A stretch of 62,876 nucleotides of DNA, filler included, from Octopus bimaculoides (lineage: Eukaryota), in assembly GCF_001194135.2 (NCBI RefSeq). It is 6 parts of 5 records of this genome, joined end to end, with 100 filler letters (N's around TTAATTAATTAA, not from the genome) between each part and the next. Parts side by side here need not be neighbours in the genome. Positions count along the whole stretch, not along the records: positions 1 to 23,342 come from NC_068988.1; positions 23,443 to 28,807 come from NC_068983.1; 4 more parts are not named here. The stretch is one strand, 5' to 3'. Positions 11,861-23,546 of this stretch are shown here, in pieces (position 1 is the stretch's first letter; each line of letters opens with the position of its first letter). The position numbers were made by a program, and so were the translations under genes. Under the pieces are notes generated by a model. That model saw nothing but the letters and a program-made list of their open reading frames with translations, did no database searches and was not told where the DNA came from.

Positions 11861-12833
11861 TAAGGAAGTCTTTGAAAGTGCAAAGCAACTGGTTGTAATA
11901 TCAACAAGGAATGTCAACATCATGTCACCGTTTCATTCAGTCAATGACATGCAAAGCTATGAGATATGTACACACACACATACACACACACATACATTCA
12001 TACACACATGCACATACACACATGCATGCACATACATACATATATACATACATACACACACACACATACATTCATACATACATACATTCTGATCAAAACA
12101 AACATATAATCACACCATCAGATACACACACACACACACACGCACACACACACACATGCACACACACACACACACACACAGAGTCTGAGTCTATGTGGAT
12201 GTATTTGTAACTATTAGTCTGATGAACAAAGTTTCTTATAGTTTGTTGTTATGGAAACTTTTCTCTGAATGCTCATACACAGACTCATGCACACACACAC
12301 GCACACACACACCCACACATAGCGATCAAAACAGGCATACAATCACACACACATATACACACACACATTTCTGTGCATCTACTTCTGGTTAAGAATGAAC
12401 TTTCCAGATTTAGTATCAACATTGTTACTCATAGTTCACTTTCAAGAGAAAGGCAGTTTTCGAAAACATGGCACTAGTCACACCCTATACACAAGAACAT
12501 TCACAAATTCATCATCATCATCATAACCATCATCATCATCATCATCATCATCGTCATTATGATCAGTGGCTACATCACTGTCTTAATATTTGCTATTCTA
12601 TATTTGCATGGCTCAGATGGAATATTTTGTGACAGATTTTCTACAGCTGGTTGCCTTTTCTGTCACCAACCCTTACATGTTTCGAAATAAAGTAATAGTA
12701 ATGGCTGAACATAATTTCCTGGAAGATTGCAAATGAATGACACTGTTTGTATGATGGTGACGTTTGTTTACAACAATGCAATCTCAAAACAAGGGTACAC
12801 TCACATACACACACACACACTCACTCACACATA

Positions 12834-12879
<46 letters not shown>

Positions 12880-12887
12880 CATGTACA

Positions 12888-12947
<60 letters not shown>

Positions 12948-13108
12948 TCTGGTCAGAGAAATACCATCTTGCTTGGAAATGGGTGAGGGTTGGCAACAAG
13001 AAGAACATCCAACCATAGAAAACCTGATTCAGTGAATTCTATCTGACCCATGCGAAAAGTGAATATTAAAAAGATGATATATCTATCTATGTCTGTCTGT
13101 CTGTCATT

Positions 13109-13380
13109 ATATAATTATAATTAAGGGCACTGGAGGGGCAGTACCAATATGCTAGAAGTAGATGTCAAATGTCTACAAACCACTCTAAATTTGTTCTCCT
13201 TTTTTAAGACAAGGTTAAATGTGAAGAGTTGTCTGAAACTTTATAAATTTTCTTGTCTATTTCGTCACATTCAGCCTTGTGTTATAAAAGGAGAACAAAT
13301 TTAGAGAAGTCTGTAGACATTTGACATCTACTTCTAGCATATTGGTGTTGTCCCTCCAGCATCCTTAATTATAATTATAT
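13109..13380. repeat. Fold-back element, ~116-bp inverted arms, ~40-bp spacer
   Basis: 13109-13224 is the reverse complement of 13265-13380 (e.g. CCAATATGCTAGAAGTAGATGTCAAATGTCTAC / GTAGACATTTGACATCTACTTCTAGCATATTGG). Confidence 0.9.
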
Positions 13381-13477
13381 GTTTATAATTATATACTTAA
13401 ATAATAATTTTACCAATATGGGGGTGTCTGTATGCTAGCCACTGGTATAATCATTTTAATGATTATACCCTTAATTT

Positions 13478-13518
<41 letters not shown>

Positions 13519-13559
13519 TATCTGATGATAACAAGATCTGTGTTATCAATGATGAGAGT

Positions 13560-13710
13560 GCATGAGACTCTGTAGCCCAGAGCTGGAAGCACACAAGCAC
13601 CCACAGGTGTCACAACAATACTCTGTTTTTGAAGCAGATGCTGCCCTGTGATGGCTGTCTGCAGCAGAGGCTTCACATTCGCATGGACTAATGGCACTCT
13701 ATTTGAGATT
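13560..13710 (+). pseudogene. Possible highly decayed RTE ORF C-terminus (C2H2-like)
   Basis: With frameshifts reads roughly C..VCSRGF.(I)RMGLMAH, similar to the CxxCxRxFxSRIGLxSH end of RTE ORFs; weak. Confidence 0.25.
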
Positions 13711-13984
13711 GCTTTCCAGAGCATCCTTGTATCTCAGTTTAGGCCTTCCTTGATTGCATGAACCCTGCATGATTTTGCCATACAACAGCTATCTGGTCAT
13801 TCTGATGACATAACCAGTGCATACAACAGTTTTCTTTCAGTTTCAGCTAAACGAAACCCACTTAAAAGGCTTTGACCAGCCAAGAACTATAGCAGAAGAT
13901 ACTTGCTCAAAGTGCATGCAGTGGGACTGAACCTGAAACCTGCACCCTTATACAAAACTCAATGTCACTGCTAAATACACTTTA

Positions 13985-14260
13985 TTTACAATTGGAAAGA
14001 CATTCGAGCGAGTTCGTTGCCAGTACTGCTGGACTGGTTCCTGTGCAGGTGGCACGTAAAATACACCATTGTGAGCGTGGCCGTTGCCAGTACCGCCTGA
14101 CTGGCCTTCGTGCCGGTGGCACGTAAAAGCACCCACTACACTCTCAGAGTGGTTGGCGTTAGGAAGAGCATCCTGGTGTAGCCATCTGGTTCACCAGTCC
14201 TCAGTCAAATCGTCCAACCCATGCTAGCATGGAAAGCAGACGTTAAATGATGATGATGAT
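13985..14260 (+). mobile_element. SINE family C with two upstream ~65-bp modules (young, CpG-rich copy)
   Basis: GCCAGTACTGCTGGACTGG...GGCACGTAAAA modules followed by GGTTGGCGTTAGGAAG...CATGCTAGCATGGAAAGCAGACGTTAAATGATGATG. Confidence 0.85.
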
Positions 14261-15015
14261 ATCGAATATGGAAGCTAAATTATGATGGTACTGATAATTA
14301 TGTGGAATATGAAAACATTGAAATTTGTAAAAATTATTGAATATAAAACTTTAACCCTTTAGCATTCAGATTACTCTCTCATATATAATGTTATTTTATT
14401 CACAGAATAGTTTAAATTAATGATGCATTATTATGTTGCAGCTTTGATATTTCAATTTTAGGATTGATTATTTTTAAGGTGACATTTTTGGCCAGGTGTG
14501 AAAGGCCTAATCAAGCTGGTTTGAACATAAAAACAAGCAGAATATTTGGGCCAGAGATGGCTGGGTTAAATGATACAGAGTGAAATAATTACATCACAAA
14601 TTATCTAGAATCATGTGGACCTGAAGTGTCTTTTTCTACAGCAGTATGATGTTATTTGGGGGAATTTAGCTGCTCTTTCTAGCATGCCAAAAGTTAAATA
14701 AGGTGGTTTTAAAGATGGGGATCAAGTTGGAAACTTCATATTATTAGTGTTGTCTTTTACCTACAGGCCACACAGAATTACCTCTCCAGTTGTCTGAGCA
14801 CAACTGGTGTTATAATTCTGTCAGTTATATTAATTGTTTTATTAGCTTTATAACCTCAACTAGTATGATTTCCTCCATTTCAATCTCCACTTCCCACTCA
14901 ATTAGGCAAATATTTTCTCTGTTTTGTGGAATCAGACTTATTATTATGATTATCATTTCTTGACTATAAAAAAAAATCTGTCAATTTATTATTTATTCAA
15001 AATTTTTCCTTGCAG

Positions 15016-15129
15016 AGCTAGTGCTACAGTCCAAATGGCTCCAAGTATGCGTTCAGAGTCATGGAAAATTGGATGGATCCAGGCTTGTACCAAAATGATA
15101 TTTCGGAATACCTACAGTAATGAAGGATT
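15016..15129 (+). CDS. FAM78: Internal coding exon of a FAM78 (FAM78A/B)-like gene
   Basis: Acceptor TTTTCCTTGCAG|15016 and donor 15129|GTAAGT (phase 2/2). Encodes (R)ASATVQMAPSMRSESWKIGWIQACTKMIFRNTYSNEG(F/L), matching recalled FAM78 sequence RASA.V..PP....ETWVVGWIQAC..MEF.N.Y...G. Flanking exons not found. Confidence 0.8.
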
Positions 15130-15282
15130 GTAAGTATGTCTACATTATCATCATTATAAGAAAGAATTTGTTTTAAAATTATATATCGCAATATTAATTG
15201 TTATAATATCTAAAATGAGTCTGATTTATACAAATCTGTGTCTTGATTTAATAAAGCTCTTGATAATACTTGGTATAAATAT

Positions 15283-15494
15283 AATCCTTTCTAGTATAGG
15301 CCTGAAATTTTGGGAGAAGATGCTAGTCAATTACATCAACCCCAGTACTTGACTGATTCATATTTTTTCAGCCCCAATAGAATGAAAGGCAAAGTTGACC
15401 CTCGGTGGAATTTGAACTCAGAACATTAAGACAAACAAAATATTGCTAAGCATTTTACCTGACATGCTAGTGATTCTGACAGCTCAGTGCCTTA
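15283..15494 (-). mobile_element. SINE family A with 15-bp target-site duplication
   Basis: GGTATAAATATAATC at 15272-15286 and again at 15498-15512 flanks the copy. Confidence 0.85.
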
Positions 15495-15658
15495 CTGGGT
15501 ATAAATATAATCTTATTATGGCTTGTTAGAGAAGGGTAGTCAGTTGTTAATACAGTTGATCCCCTTTTGCTCACAATAAAATTGTATAAAATGAAAAAAA
15601 AAGACAGTCATTTATGAATGCCCACTGTGTTTAATTAAGTTTAATTTAATTTATACAT

Positions 15659-15705
<47 letters not shown>

Positions 15706-16040
15706 AAAGGCGGTGAACTTGCAGAATTGTTAGCGTGCTGGGCAAAATACTTAGTGGCATTTTGTATGTCTTTTCGTTCTGAATTCAAATTCCACTATGG
15801 TTGACTTTGCTCTTCATCTTTTGCGAGTTGATGAATTAAATAAAAGTAAAATACTAGAGTTGATCTAAGTACCAGTGAAACACTGGGGTCGATGTATATT
15901 CTGAGTTCAAATTCTGCCAAGGTCAACTTTGCCTTTCATCCTTCTGGGTCAATAAAAAAAGTACCAATCAAGAACTGGGATCAATGATATCGACTTGGTC
16001 TCTTCCCCACAATTGCAGGCCTTGTGCCGAAATTTGAAAC

Positions 16041-16043
<3 letters not shown>
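15706..16043 (+). mobile_element. Two nested/tandem SINE family A copies
   Basis: AAGGCGGTGAAC...GAATTCAAATTCC, then a second CTGAGTTCAAATTCTGCC...GGCCTTGTGCCGAAATTTGAAACC(ATT)n. Confidence 0.8.
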
Positions 16044-16083
<40 letters not shown>

Positions 16084-16306
16084 GTGAAGTCATACAAGTT
16101 GGAACTCTGTAACTTGTAAGTGTTTAATCAAGCATTTTGGCTGGTTGCAGCCCGTTCATTCAAAATTTTATATAACAAGTATTTTGCTTGATTGTGGTGG
16201 TAACATTTTGTGTAATTGCACCCTGCTTTTTGAAGGTGTAATAATTGTTTTGCATTTTTGCATTTTTGTGAAGACAAAATTTTATTCAATTTTCCAAATT
16301 AAAAAA

Positions 16307-18093
16307 ATGTCAGATAACAGGAAAATAATAATAATTGACCAAGAGCAGCAATCTGCTATCTCAGTTGAAACTCTGAAAACAAATGCAGCTGAAGGTGAAT
16401 TAGTTTCTCGCCAAAGAGAAATATAATTTCTTCTTGTTACGACAACAGTAACAAGTGCAAAAGTACCAGCAGCAACAATAATGACGACAACTACAGCAGC
16501 AGCAACAGTGTGAACAATAACAGCAGCAGCACCACCACCACCACCACGAACAGCAGAAACAAAAACAATAGCATCTGTATCAACAACATTAACAACAAGA
16601 TCAAAAACAAGAAAAGTAACATGAACAAGATTGAAAACAACAACAGTGATAACTTTGTGGAAAACAACAACAACAAAAACAGCAGCAGCAGCACCAACAA
16701 CAACAACAATAGCAGCAATAATAACATAATGAACCTCAACAAAGTTACTTCTTTTTCTAAAGCCATTAGCAATTGGACTATTTTTTTCAGTGAATGACTT
16801 TAAATTAAGGCACCGAAATACAAGAGTGACATTATGAAACCAGGTGTTATGTGCCTTAGTAAGGAGGAGATAAAAATCTCTGAAAGAGAAACAATTGTTT
16901 ATAAATGTGTTTCTTGCAAGGAGAGGAAGCTTAAATTTCCTTCTCCAGCAGAGACTGAAAAATGCCTCAAAGATGTGTGGTCTTCAGTGCTACACATACA
17001 GAAAGGTAAACAATATGAGATGGTAGCTACTATGTGCAGCAGTGAGAAAGAAGCCAGAAGAATGGCTACTATAACTTGCATGTCCCATGCTTTTGTAATG
17101 ATTTCCTATTACATAGATAAAAGGTTGACTTGAATTCGAGTCAAGGACATGCTAGGTCACCATGATCCTGCGAGGGTTTTAGCCATTCTGGAGGAACATG
17201 GGGAGATTGTAGAGGTGAAGTCCACCTCACAACTCAGCAGGACTTGAATTCTTATGGAATTCCAGATACTAGTTTCTCCAGAGGAAATAAATTGCATTCC
17301 TAATTTTTTCTGTTTCAGGGAATGCGAACAGATGCCAGTTTCTATAGAGGGGAAAAAACAAGTGTTTTGTGTGTGGGAATACAAATCACCTCAAAGCCTT
17401 TTGCCCCACAGTAGAGAAAACATGAAGCTCTCCACCATTACTAATAACTCCTCAAGGTGGGGACAAATCTGTTACCTCGCGTCTGCCTCCTTCCCCCAAC
17501 TCAGGCCTCATTTGGTCTTTGTTGGCGACAAGAGAAAAACTGATTATGAAACAGAGACCAGCCCAAATTGAAGGCCCTAAGATATGACAATAAAAGCAAA
17601 ATCCATCACCACTCCAATTTAAAAACAAATCAACACAAACATCAGCATCTTCATCACAAGACAACCAATTTTTACAAGCACATTCACAACCACAAAATTC
17701 ATGAAAACAAAAAGAACACCCGAGAAACAAAATGACCAAAAGTCACACTCTTGGGTAAATACTTTCTTCATCAACTTCACTGTTGTTCAAAGAGCAACAT
17801 TGAATTGATTGAGGAAGTTATTAATAACAAAAACATTACAACAAGGGAGAAGGTTTTGCAGAACTCCTCCTCAAAACTCCACTGGACAGGATATTAATCC
17901 AAACTGATATGAATATGTGTCTTGATTTAAAACAGAAATTCCTCCAGGACATTGGAGGGTTTAGCTCCCCCTCCGACCAAAAACAAGACTGTGTCAACAG
18001 TCATCTCTGAAGACTAAAGTATGTGATTCCATTTTCTTTCCTCTAAATTAAATGGCTACACTTAGAGTTGGCTGTGTAAATGTTCGGGGCCTG
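16307..18093 (+). mobile_element. 5' part of an L1/Tx1-clade LINE: disrupted ORF1 with CCHC knuckle plus first codons of ORF2
   Basis: An alternative frame at 17363-17407 gives CFVCGNTNHLKAFCP (CX2CX4HX4C). ATG at 18052 gives MATLRVGCVNVRGL, the N-terminal (S/C)xNVRGL motif of APE endonucleases, then a SINE A tail truncates it. ORF1 pieces are in ORFs 16834-17133 and 17254-17571. Confidence 0.75.
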
Positions 18094-18779
18094 ACATATG
18101 TCCTCTCTCCAAAAATTTCAGATCTTGTGTCTATAGTAGAAAGGATTATTATTATTATTTTTAGGTGAGTGCCAGATGAATTTGGGTTGAGAGACTAGAG
18201 GACATTTACACATTCTCTTTATCACCTACCCCACTAATCTCATCTCCTCTGCCTCTTAATTCTTTTCTTCTTCCTCCTTCTCTTCCTCCTCCTCCCCTCC
18301 TCCTCCACACTTTCTCATCTTCCCAAACATGTGGCTGTAATTATGTAAATTTATATCATACTCTCGTATTTCCACAGGACTTTTCTAAAGATGGTGGCGA
18401 TTAAGTTATTTTGTTTTCGTTTTCTGCACTATATCCATATTTCTAAACATATGAGCTCTATAATCAAAGTCAGATATGAAAATTATACTTTGGAAATTAG
18501 GGTCTTGAGAAAGTCTGTTCATGATTGCTCAATATGCTAGAAGCAGCAGCCAAATCTCTATCATATCACACCCTGTCACATACAGAATGGAAAAGCATGT
18601 TGAGCAAGGTAGTCTTCCATAAACTGTGACTGAGAAAAAGGTCAAATAAGCAAATAACAAAGCCTCCACATGCTAGAAGTAGCAGCCAAATCAACAGCAT
18701 ATCACACTATCTTTTTTTGAAAAAAGGAATGAAACATTGACAAATGTAGTCCTAGTTACACTAAATCTTCCACATGTCT

Positions 18780-18990
18780 TATCTTTATCCTTTATCTTTT
18801 ACTTATTTCAATCATTAGACTGTGGCCATACAGGAACACCACCTCGAAGGGTTTGGTCAAACAGATTGGGCCCAGTACTTAATTTCAAGTATGGTATTTA
18901 TTATATTGGCCTATTTTGCTGAACTATCAAGATACAGGGACATCGACAAAGCAACACTGATTGTCAAATAGCTGGGGAGGCACACACATA
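18780..18990 (-). mobile_element. SINE family B 3' half, degraded
   Basis: TTTCAATCATTAGACTGTGGCCATACAGGAACACC (reverse tail) and family B body. Confidence 0.7.
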
Positions 18991-19016
18991 CACTTACATA
19001 CATACATACATACATG

Positions 19017-19219
19017 TACAAAGGGTGCTGAAAAGTTCTTGGCTTTGGGTAAAAAAAATTAAAGCTGGATCAGTTAATTATGATTTTATCCAGCATATCC
19101 CCCTCTCAGAATCATCCACTTATTGCAGCAGTCCTTCTGTAAAAGAACTCAGAAGGTTGGGCCTCCAACCAGGCCTTTCACAATACCCTTAAAGCCAGGA
19201 ACTTTACCACCTTCTCGTA
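19017..19219. mobile_element. ~200-bp Tc1/mariner-type MITE
   Basis: TIRs TACAAAGGGTGCTGAAAAGTTCTTGGCTTT / AAAGCCAGGAACTTTACCACCTTCTCGTA, TA termini, internal hairpin GGTTGG-GCCT-CCAACC. Confidence 0.75.
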
Positions 19220-20269
19220 TATGTATATACAATGGACTTCAACACAGAAGACTGCTTATTAGGGAATTGTTGTGGTATTTGATTTAATCAAGGTTTTGCT
19301 TAAAATGAAATTTCTTTAATTTCTTTGTGATATTTCATGGAACATTGATGTAGAATACTGGTAAACCTTTCAAAGTTAGTTTTATGAGCTCTTAAGAAAT
19401 TTATATTTTTAAAAGAGAAAGAAGATTAANNNNNNNNNNNNNNNNNNNNNNNNNNNNNNNNNNNNNNNNNNNNNNNNNNNNNNNNNNNNNNNNNNNNNNN
19501 NNNNNNNNNNNNNNNNNNNNNNNNNNNNNNNNNNNNNNNNNNNNNNNNNNNNNNNNNNNNNNNNNNNNNNNNNNNNNNNNNNNNNNNNNNNNNNNNNNNN
19601 NNNNNNNNNNNNNNNNNNNNNNNNNNNNNNNNNNNNNNNNNNNNNNNNNNNNNNNNNNNNNNNNNNNNNNNNNNNNNNNNNNNNNNNNNNNNNNNNNNNN
19701 NNNNNNNNNNNNNNNNNNNNNNNNNNNNNNNNNNNNNNNNNNNNNNNNNNNNNNNNNNNNNNNNNNNNNNNNNNNNNNNNNNNNNNNNNNNNNNNNNNNN
19801 NNNNNNNNNNNNNNNNNNNNNNNNNNNNNNNNNNNNNNNNNNNNNNNNNNNNNNNNNNNNNNNNNNNNNNNNNNNNNNNNNNNNNNNNNNNNNNNNNNNN
19901 NNNNNNNNNNNNNNNNNNNNNNNNNNNNNNNNNNNNNNNNNNNNNNNNNNNNNNNNNNNNNNNNNNNNNNNNNNNNNNNNNNNNNNNNNNNNNNNNNNNN
20001 NNNNNNNNNNNNNNNNNNNNNNNNNNNNNNNNNNNNNNNNNNNNNNNNNNNNNNNNNNNNNNNNNNNNNNNNNNNNNNNNNNNNNNNNNNNNNNNNNNNN
20101 NNNNNNNNNNNNNNNNNNNNNNNNNNNNNNNNNNNNNNNNNNNNNNNNNNNNNNNNNNNNNNNNNNNNNNNNNNNNNNNNNNNNNNNNNNNNNNNNNNNN
20201 NNNNNNNNNNNNNNNNNNNNNNNNNNNNNNNNNNNNNNNNNNNNNNNNNNNNNNNNNNNNNNNNNNNNN

Positions 20270-20790
20270 TTCAGGGTCGATAAATTAAGTACCAGTTATG
20301 CACTGGGGTCAATGTAATCGACTTAGTCCCTTTGTCTGCCCTTGTTTGTCCCCTCTATGTTTAGCCTGTTCATCATCATCATCATCATCATCGTTTAACG
20401 TCCGCTTTCCATGCTAGCATGGGTTGGACGATTTGACTGAGGACTGGTGAAACCGGATGGCAACACCAGGCTCCAATCTAATTTGGCAGAGTTTCTACAG
20501 CTGGATGCCCTTCCTAATGCCAACCACTCAGAGAGTGTAGTGGGTGCTTTTACGTGTCACCCGCATGAAAACGGCCACGCTCGAAATGGTGTCTTTTATG
20601 TGCCACCCGCACAAGAGCCAGTCCAGGGGCACTGGCAACGATCTCGCTCGAAAACCCTACAAAGGCCAGTCAGACGGTATATATATATAAAATATATATA
20701 TGTCTGTACATATTGTCGTCGTCGTTTAACGTCCGCTTTCCATGCTAGCATGGGTTGGACGATTTGTGGGTAATAAAGAAATAAGAAACT
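20270..20790. mobile_element. SINE A 3' part (+) interrupted by SINE C copies (-) at 20370-20670 and 20716-20766
   Basis: The A tail TTTAGCCTGT.. resumes at 20767 as TGGGTAATAAAGAAATAAGAAAC after two CATCAT/CGTCGT-GTTTAACGTCCGC segments. Confidence 0.8.
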
Positions 20791-20799
20791 GAATGACAC

Positions 20800-21058
20800 C
20801 TGTTGCGTGTGTGTGTGTGTACCTGCGAGTGCAGATATGTGTGTGTTTTGTGTCTGTGTTTGTCCCCCACCACTACTTGACAAATGGTACTGGTGTGTTT
20901 ATGTCCCCCATAAGTCAGCAGTTTGGTAAAAAAAGACTGTTTAGAACAAGTACCAAGCTTTAAAAAAATATGTCTTGGGGTTGATTCACTCAACTAAAAG
21001 TTCTTCAAAGCAATGCACCAGCATGGCCACAGTCTAATGATTGAAACAGTAAAAGATA
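20800..21058 (+). mobile_element. SINE family B 3' half
   Basis: TTTGTCCCCCACCACTACTTGAC...CCAGCATGGCCACAGTCTAATGATTGAAAC. Confidence 0.8.
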
Positions 21059-21287
21059 GGTGCAGGTGTGAGTTATAGGTCTGCTTTTAGGGGTTTGAGA
21101 GTGAAAAAAAAAAAAACAACCTGTAGGTAAATTCATATGATTAAAGTTATCAGTTAGCATTAGCTTACACTAATTTTTTTACCTGTTTAGCAGTTTAACA
21201 TTTGCAAAGCTAACTTTTTTAGTTAGCAGATTAGCAGTTAGCGAAGTCAACTTTTTGGTTAGCTGTGCCCACCAATGTGTGTATATA

Positions 21288-21443
21288 TGTGGTTGGCGTT
21301 AGGAAGGGCATCCAGCTGTAGAAACCCTGCCAAATCAGATTGGAGCCTGGTGTAGCCATCTGGTTTCACCAGTCCTCAGTCAAATCGTCCAACCCATGCT
21401 AGCATGGAAAGCGGACGTTAAACGATGATGATGATGATGATGA
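21288..21443 (+). mobile_element. SINE family C 3' part, young
   Basis: GGTTGGCGTTAGGAAGGGCATCCAGCTGTAGAAAC...GCGGACGTTAAAC(GAT)n. Confidence 0.9.
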
Positions 21444-21506
21444 TATATATATAACGATTGCAGCGTGGAAGGTATTTATAAGCCATTTAAAATAACACAC
21501 AAAATC

Positions 21507-21617
21507 CGTTAGATTCACTTCAACATTTAAATTTAATTTGTCAAAATATTTTCGTCACTTTGAGACCGCGACCTGTTCACTGACAAATTAAATTTAAATG
21601 TTGACGTGAATCTAATG
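21507..21617 (-). ncRNA. Candidate type I minimal hammerhead ribozyme with G3:C8 core variant
   Basis: Minus strand: helix I ..TTTGTCA, core GTGAACA, G, helix II GTCGC/GTGAC around GGTCTCAAA, GAAA, palindromic helix III AATATT, T17, helix I' TGACAAA..; helix I pairs 35 of 37 positions. Confidence 0.6.
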
Positions 21618-22629
21618 NNNNNNNNNNNNNNNNNNNNNNNNNNNNNNNNNNNNNNNNNNNNNNNNNNNNNNNNNNNNNNNNNNNNNNNNNNNNNNNNNNN
21701 NNNNNNNNNNNNNNNNNNNNNNNNNNNNNNNNNNNNNNNNNNNNNNNNNNNNNNNNNNNNNNNNNNNNNNNNNNNNNNNNNNNNNNNNNNNNNNNNNNNN
21801 NNNNNNNNNNNNNNNNNNNNNNNNNNNNNNNNNNNNNNNNNNNNNNNNNNNNNNNNNNNNNNNNNNNNNNNNNNNNNNNNNNNNNNNNNNNNNNNNNNNN
21901 NNNNNNNNNNNNNNNNNNNNNNNNTATATATATATATATATATATATGTATATGTGTGTGTGTGTGTGTGTGTAACAGTAAAAATTTGTAACAGTAGAGG
22001 TTGAATTGGTACACAATTATATGGAACGTTAGAGTTGTAATCAGTTTGTAAGGATTGGTTCTTTGTTGATTGCCATTATGTAAAGATGAAAGGACAGTGA
22101 TTGAAGTTGTAAAGAAAATATTTATTTTACCATTATATTATACAATACCATGCCTCGATGGGCAGGTGATGAAATCATAAAGCATGCGAAGTGAAGATAG
22201 ATGTCGTAGATTTTCCTTGTATAGTTTGTGCACATTTTCCCTTAGTAGTAATTCATAGAGTGATGTTGTAAGAGGAAATAAAGTGAGCTAATGAGAGAGA
22301 GAGAGTGTGGGACGTTGTCTCACATAGTCGCTGATTGTAAACTTTCTTTTTCCCTCTGGCTGTTTGTCTTTAGTGGTTACCTGCATGTGGCCATGATTCT
22401 AGTGGTCTGTTCACTAACTAATGATAGCTCTCTCTAACTCGAGTTATCACTAATTGATTAACTTATTTCTTTAGTTGTCAATAAATAACATACTGAGAGG
22501 GGACAATACAAAACATTTAGGTTTGGGAGTTATGACTTAATGGAAATAGGAATATGAAATTGGAAAAATGAAATTGAATGGTATAATGAAATCGAGAATC
22601 ATATAAAAATTTCTGTGATTATATTTTCA

Positions 22630-23095
22630 GGTTCGTGTTTGATCCGCTGGTGGGTTTTTTTTTCCCCCTTTTTCTGCTTATTACGTTTCCTTTCTGATTA
22701 GACCGGCTACACCAGCATGGTGCCATTCACTCTCAACTTCCTTACAACATTCGTCAGTCTTTTCACAAATGTACTTTGAGGCAGGCACCTCTTCTCCAGG
22801 CTAATCTTTTTAGATAGGTGGTAGGTAAAAAGACCAACCAATCCACGTCCGGATATGAAGTTGCTTGCCTCAATTCCTCTTCCACGTATCATCCATACTG
22901 TTTCTTTCAATATGGCTACTCGCAGAAAAATTACACCTTTTTCCTTGTTAAAGGAGGGAGGCAGCACAATCTTAATGATAGACTCAGTGGATAACCGTAC
23001 TCTTTCCGCATTTGACACCAGTTGTTCGACACAGGTTATCAGTGTTTTTATAACTATCCAGAAGAATAGACATATTGTGGAGAACAATGGATTTA
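22630..23095 (-). mobile_element. 3' end of L1/Tx1-type ORF2 plus short 3' UTR
   Basis: ORF 22707-23087 (CVEQLVSNAERVRLSTESIIKIVLPPSFNKEKGVIFLRVAILKETVW...FTYHLSKKISLEKRCL...FVKR...) resembles the L1/Tx1 ORF2 C-terminus; followed by an A-rich tract. Confidence 0.6.
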
Positions 23096-23505
23096 GTTGG
23101 TGGTCTGTGATATCTTAATTCTAGCTTTTGGTGAAGTAGAAGAGGTTAGAAGGGTCAAGTGGTGAAGACATTAGTTTGCTTAGCTTAGGCATCTGGCAAA
23201 TGTAAACAGCTGTTACAGAAAAACTAATGTTTTACCTTGAGAAAAGTTCTGTTGAAGTGTTAATTTAAATTTGGCTATCTAGGATTGAATCTATTTCATG
23301 CCTGCATGACACACTACATATATATATATATATAATATATATNNNNNNNNNNNNNNNNNNNNNNNNNNNNNNNNNNNNNNNNNNNNTTAATTAATTAANN
23401 NNNNNNNNNNNNNNNNNNNNNNNNNNNNNNNNNNNNNNNNNNTATATACATGTAGATGTAGGTACGTACATATATGTATGTATACATGTATATGCTCATC
23501 ATTTG

Positions 23506-23546
<41 letters not shown>

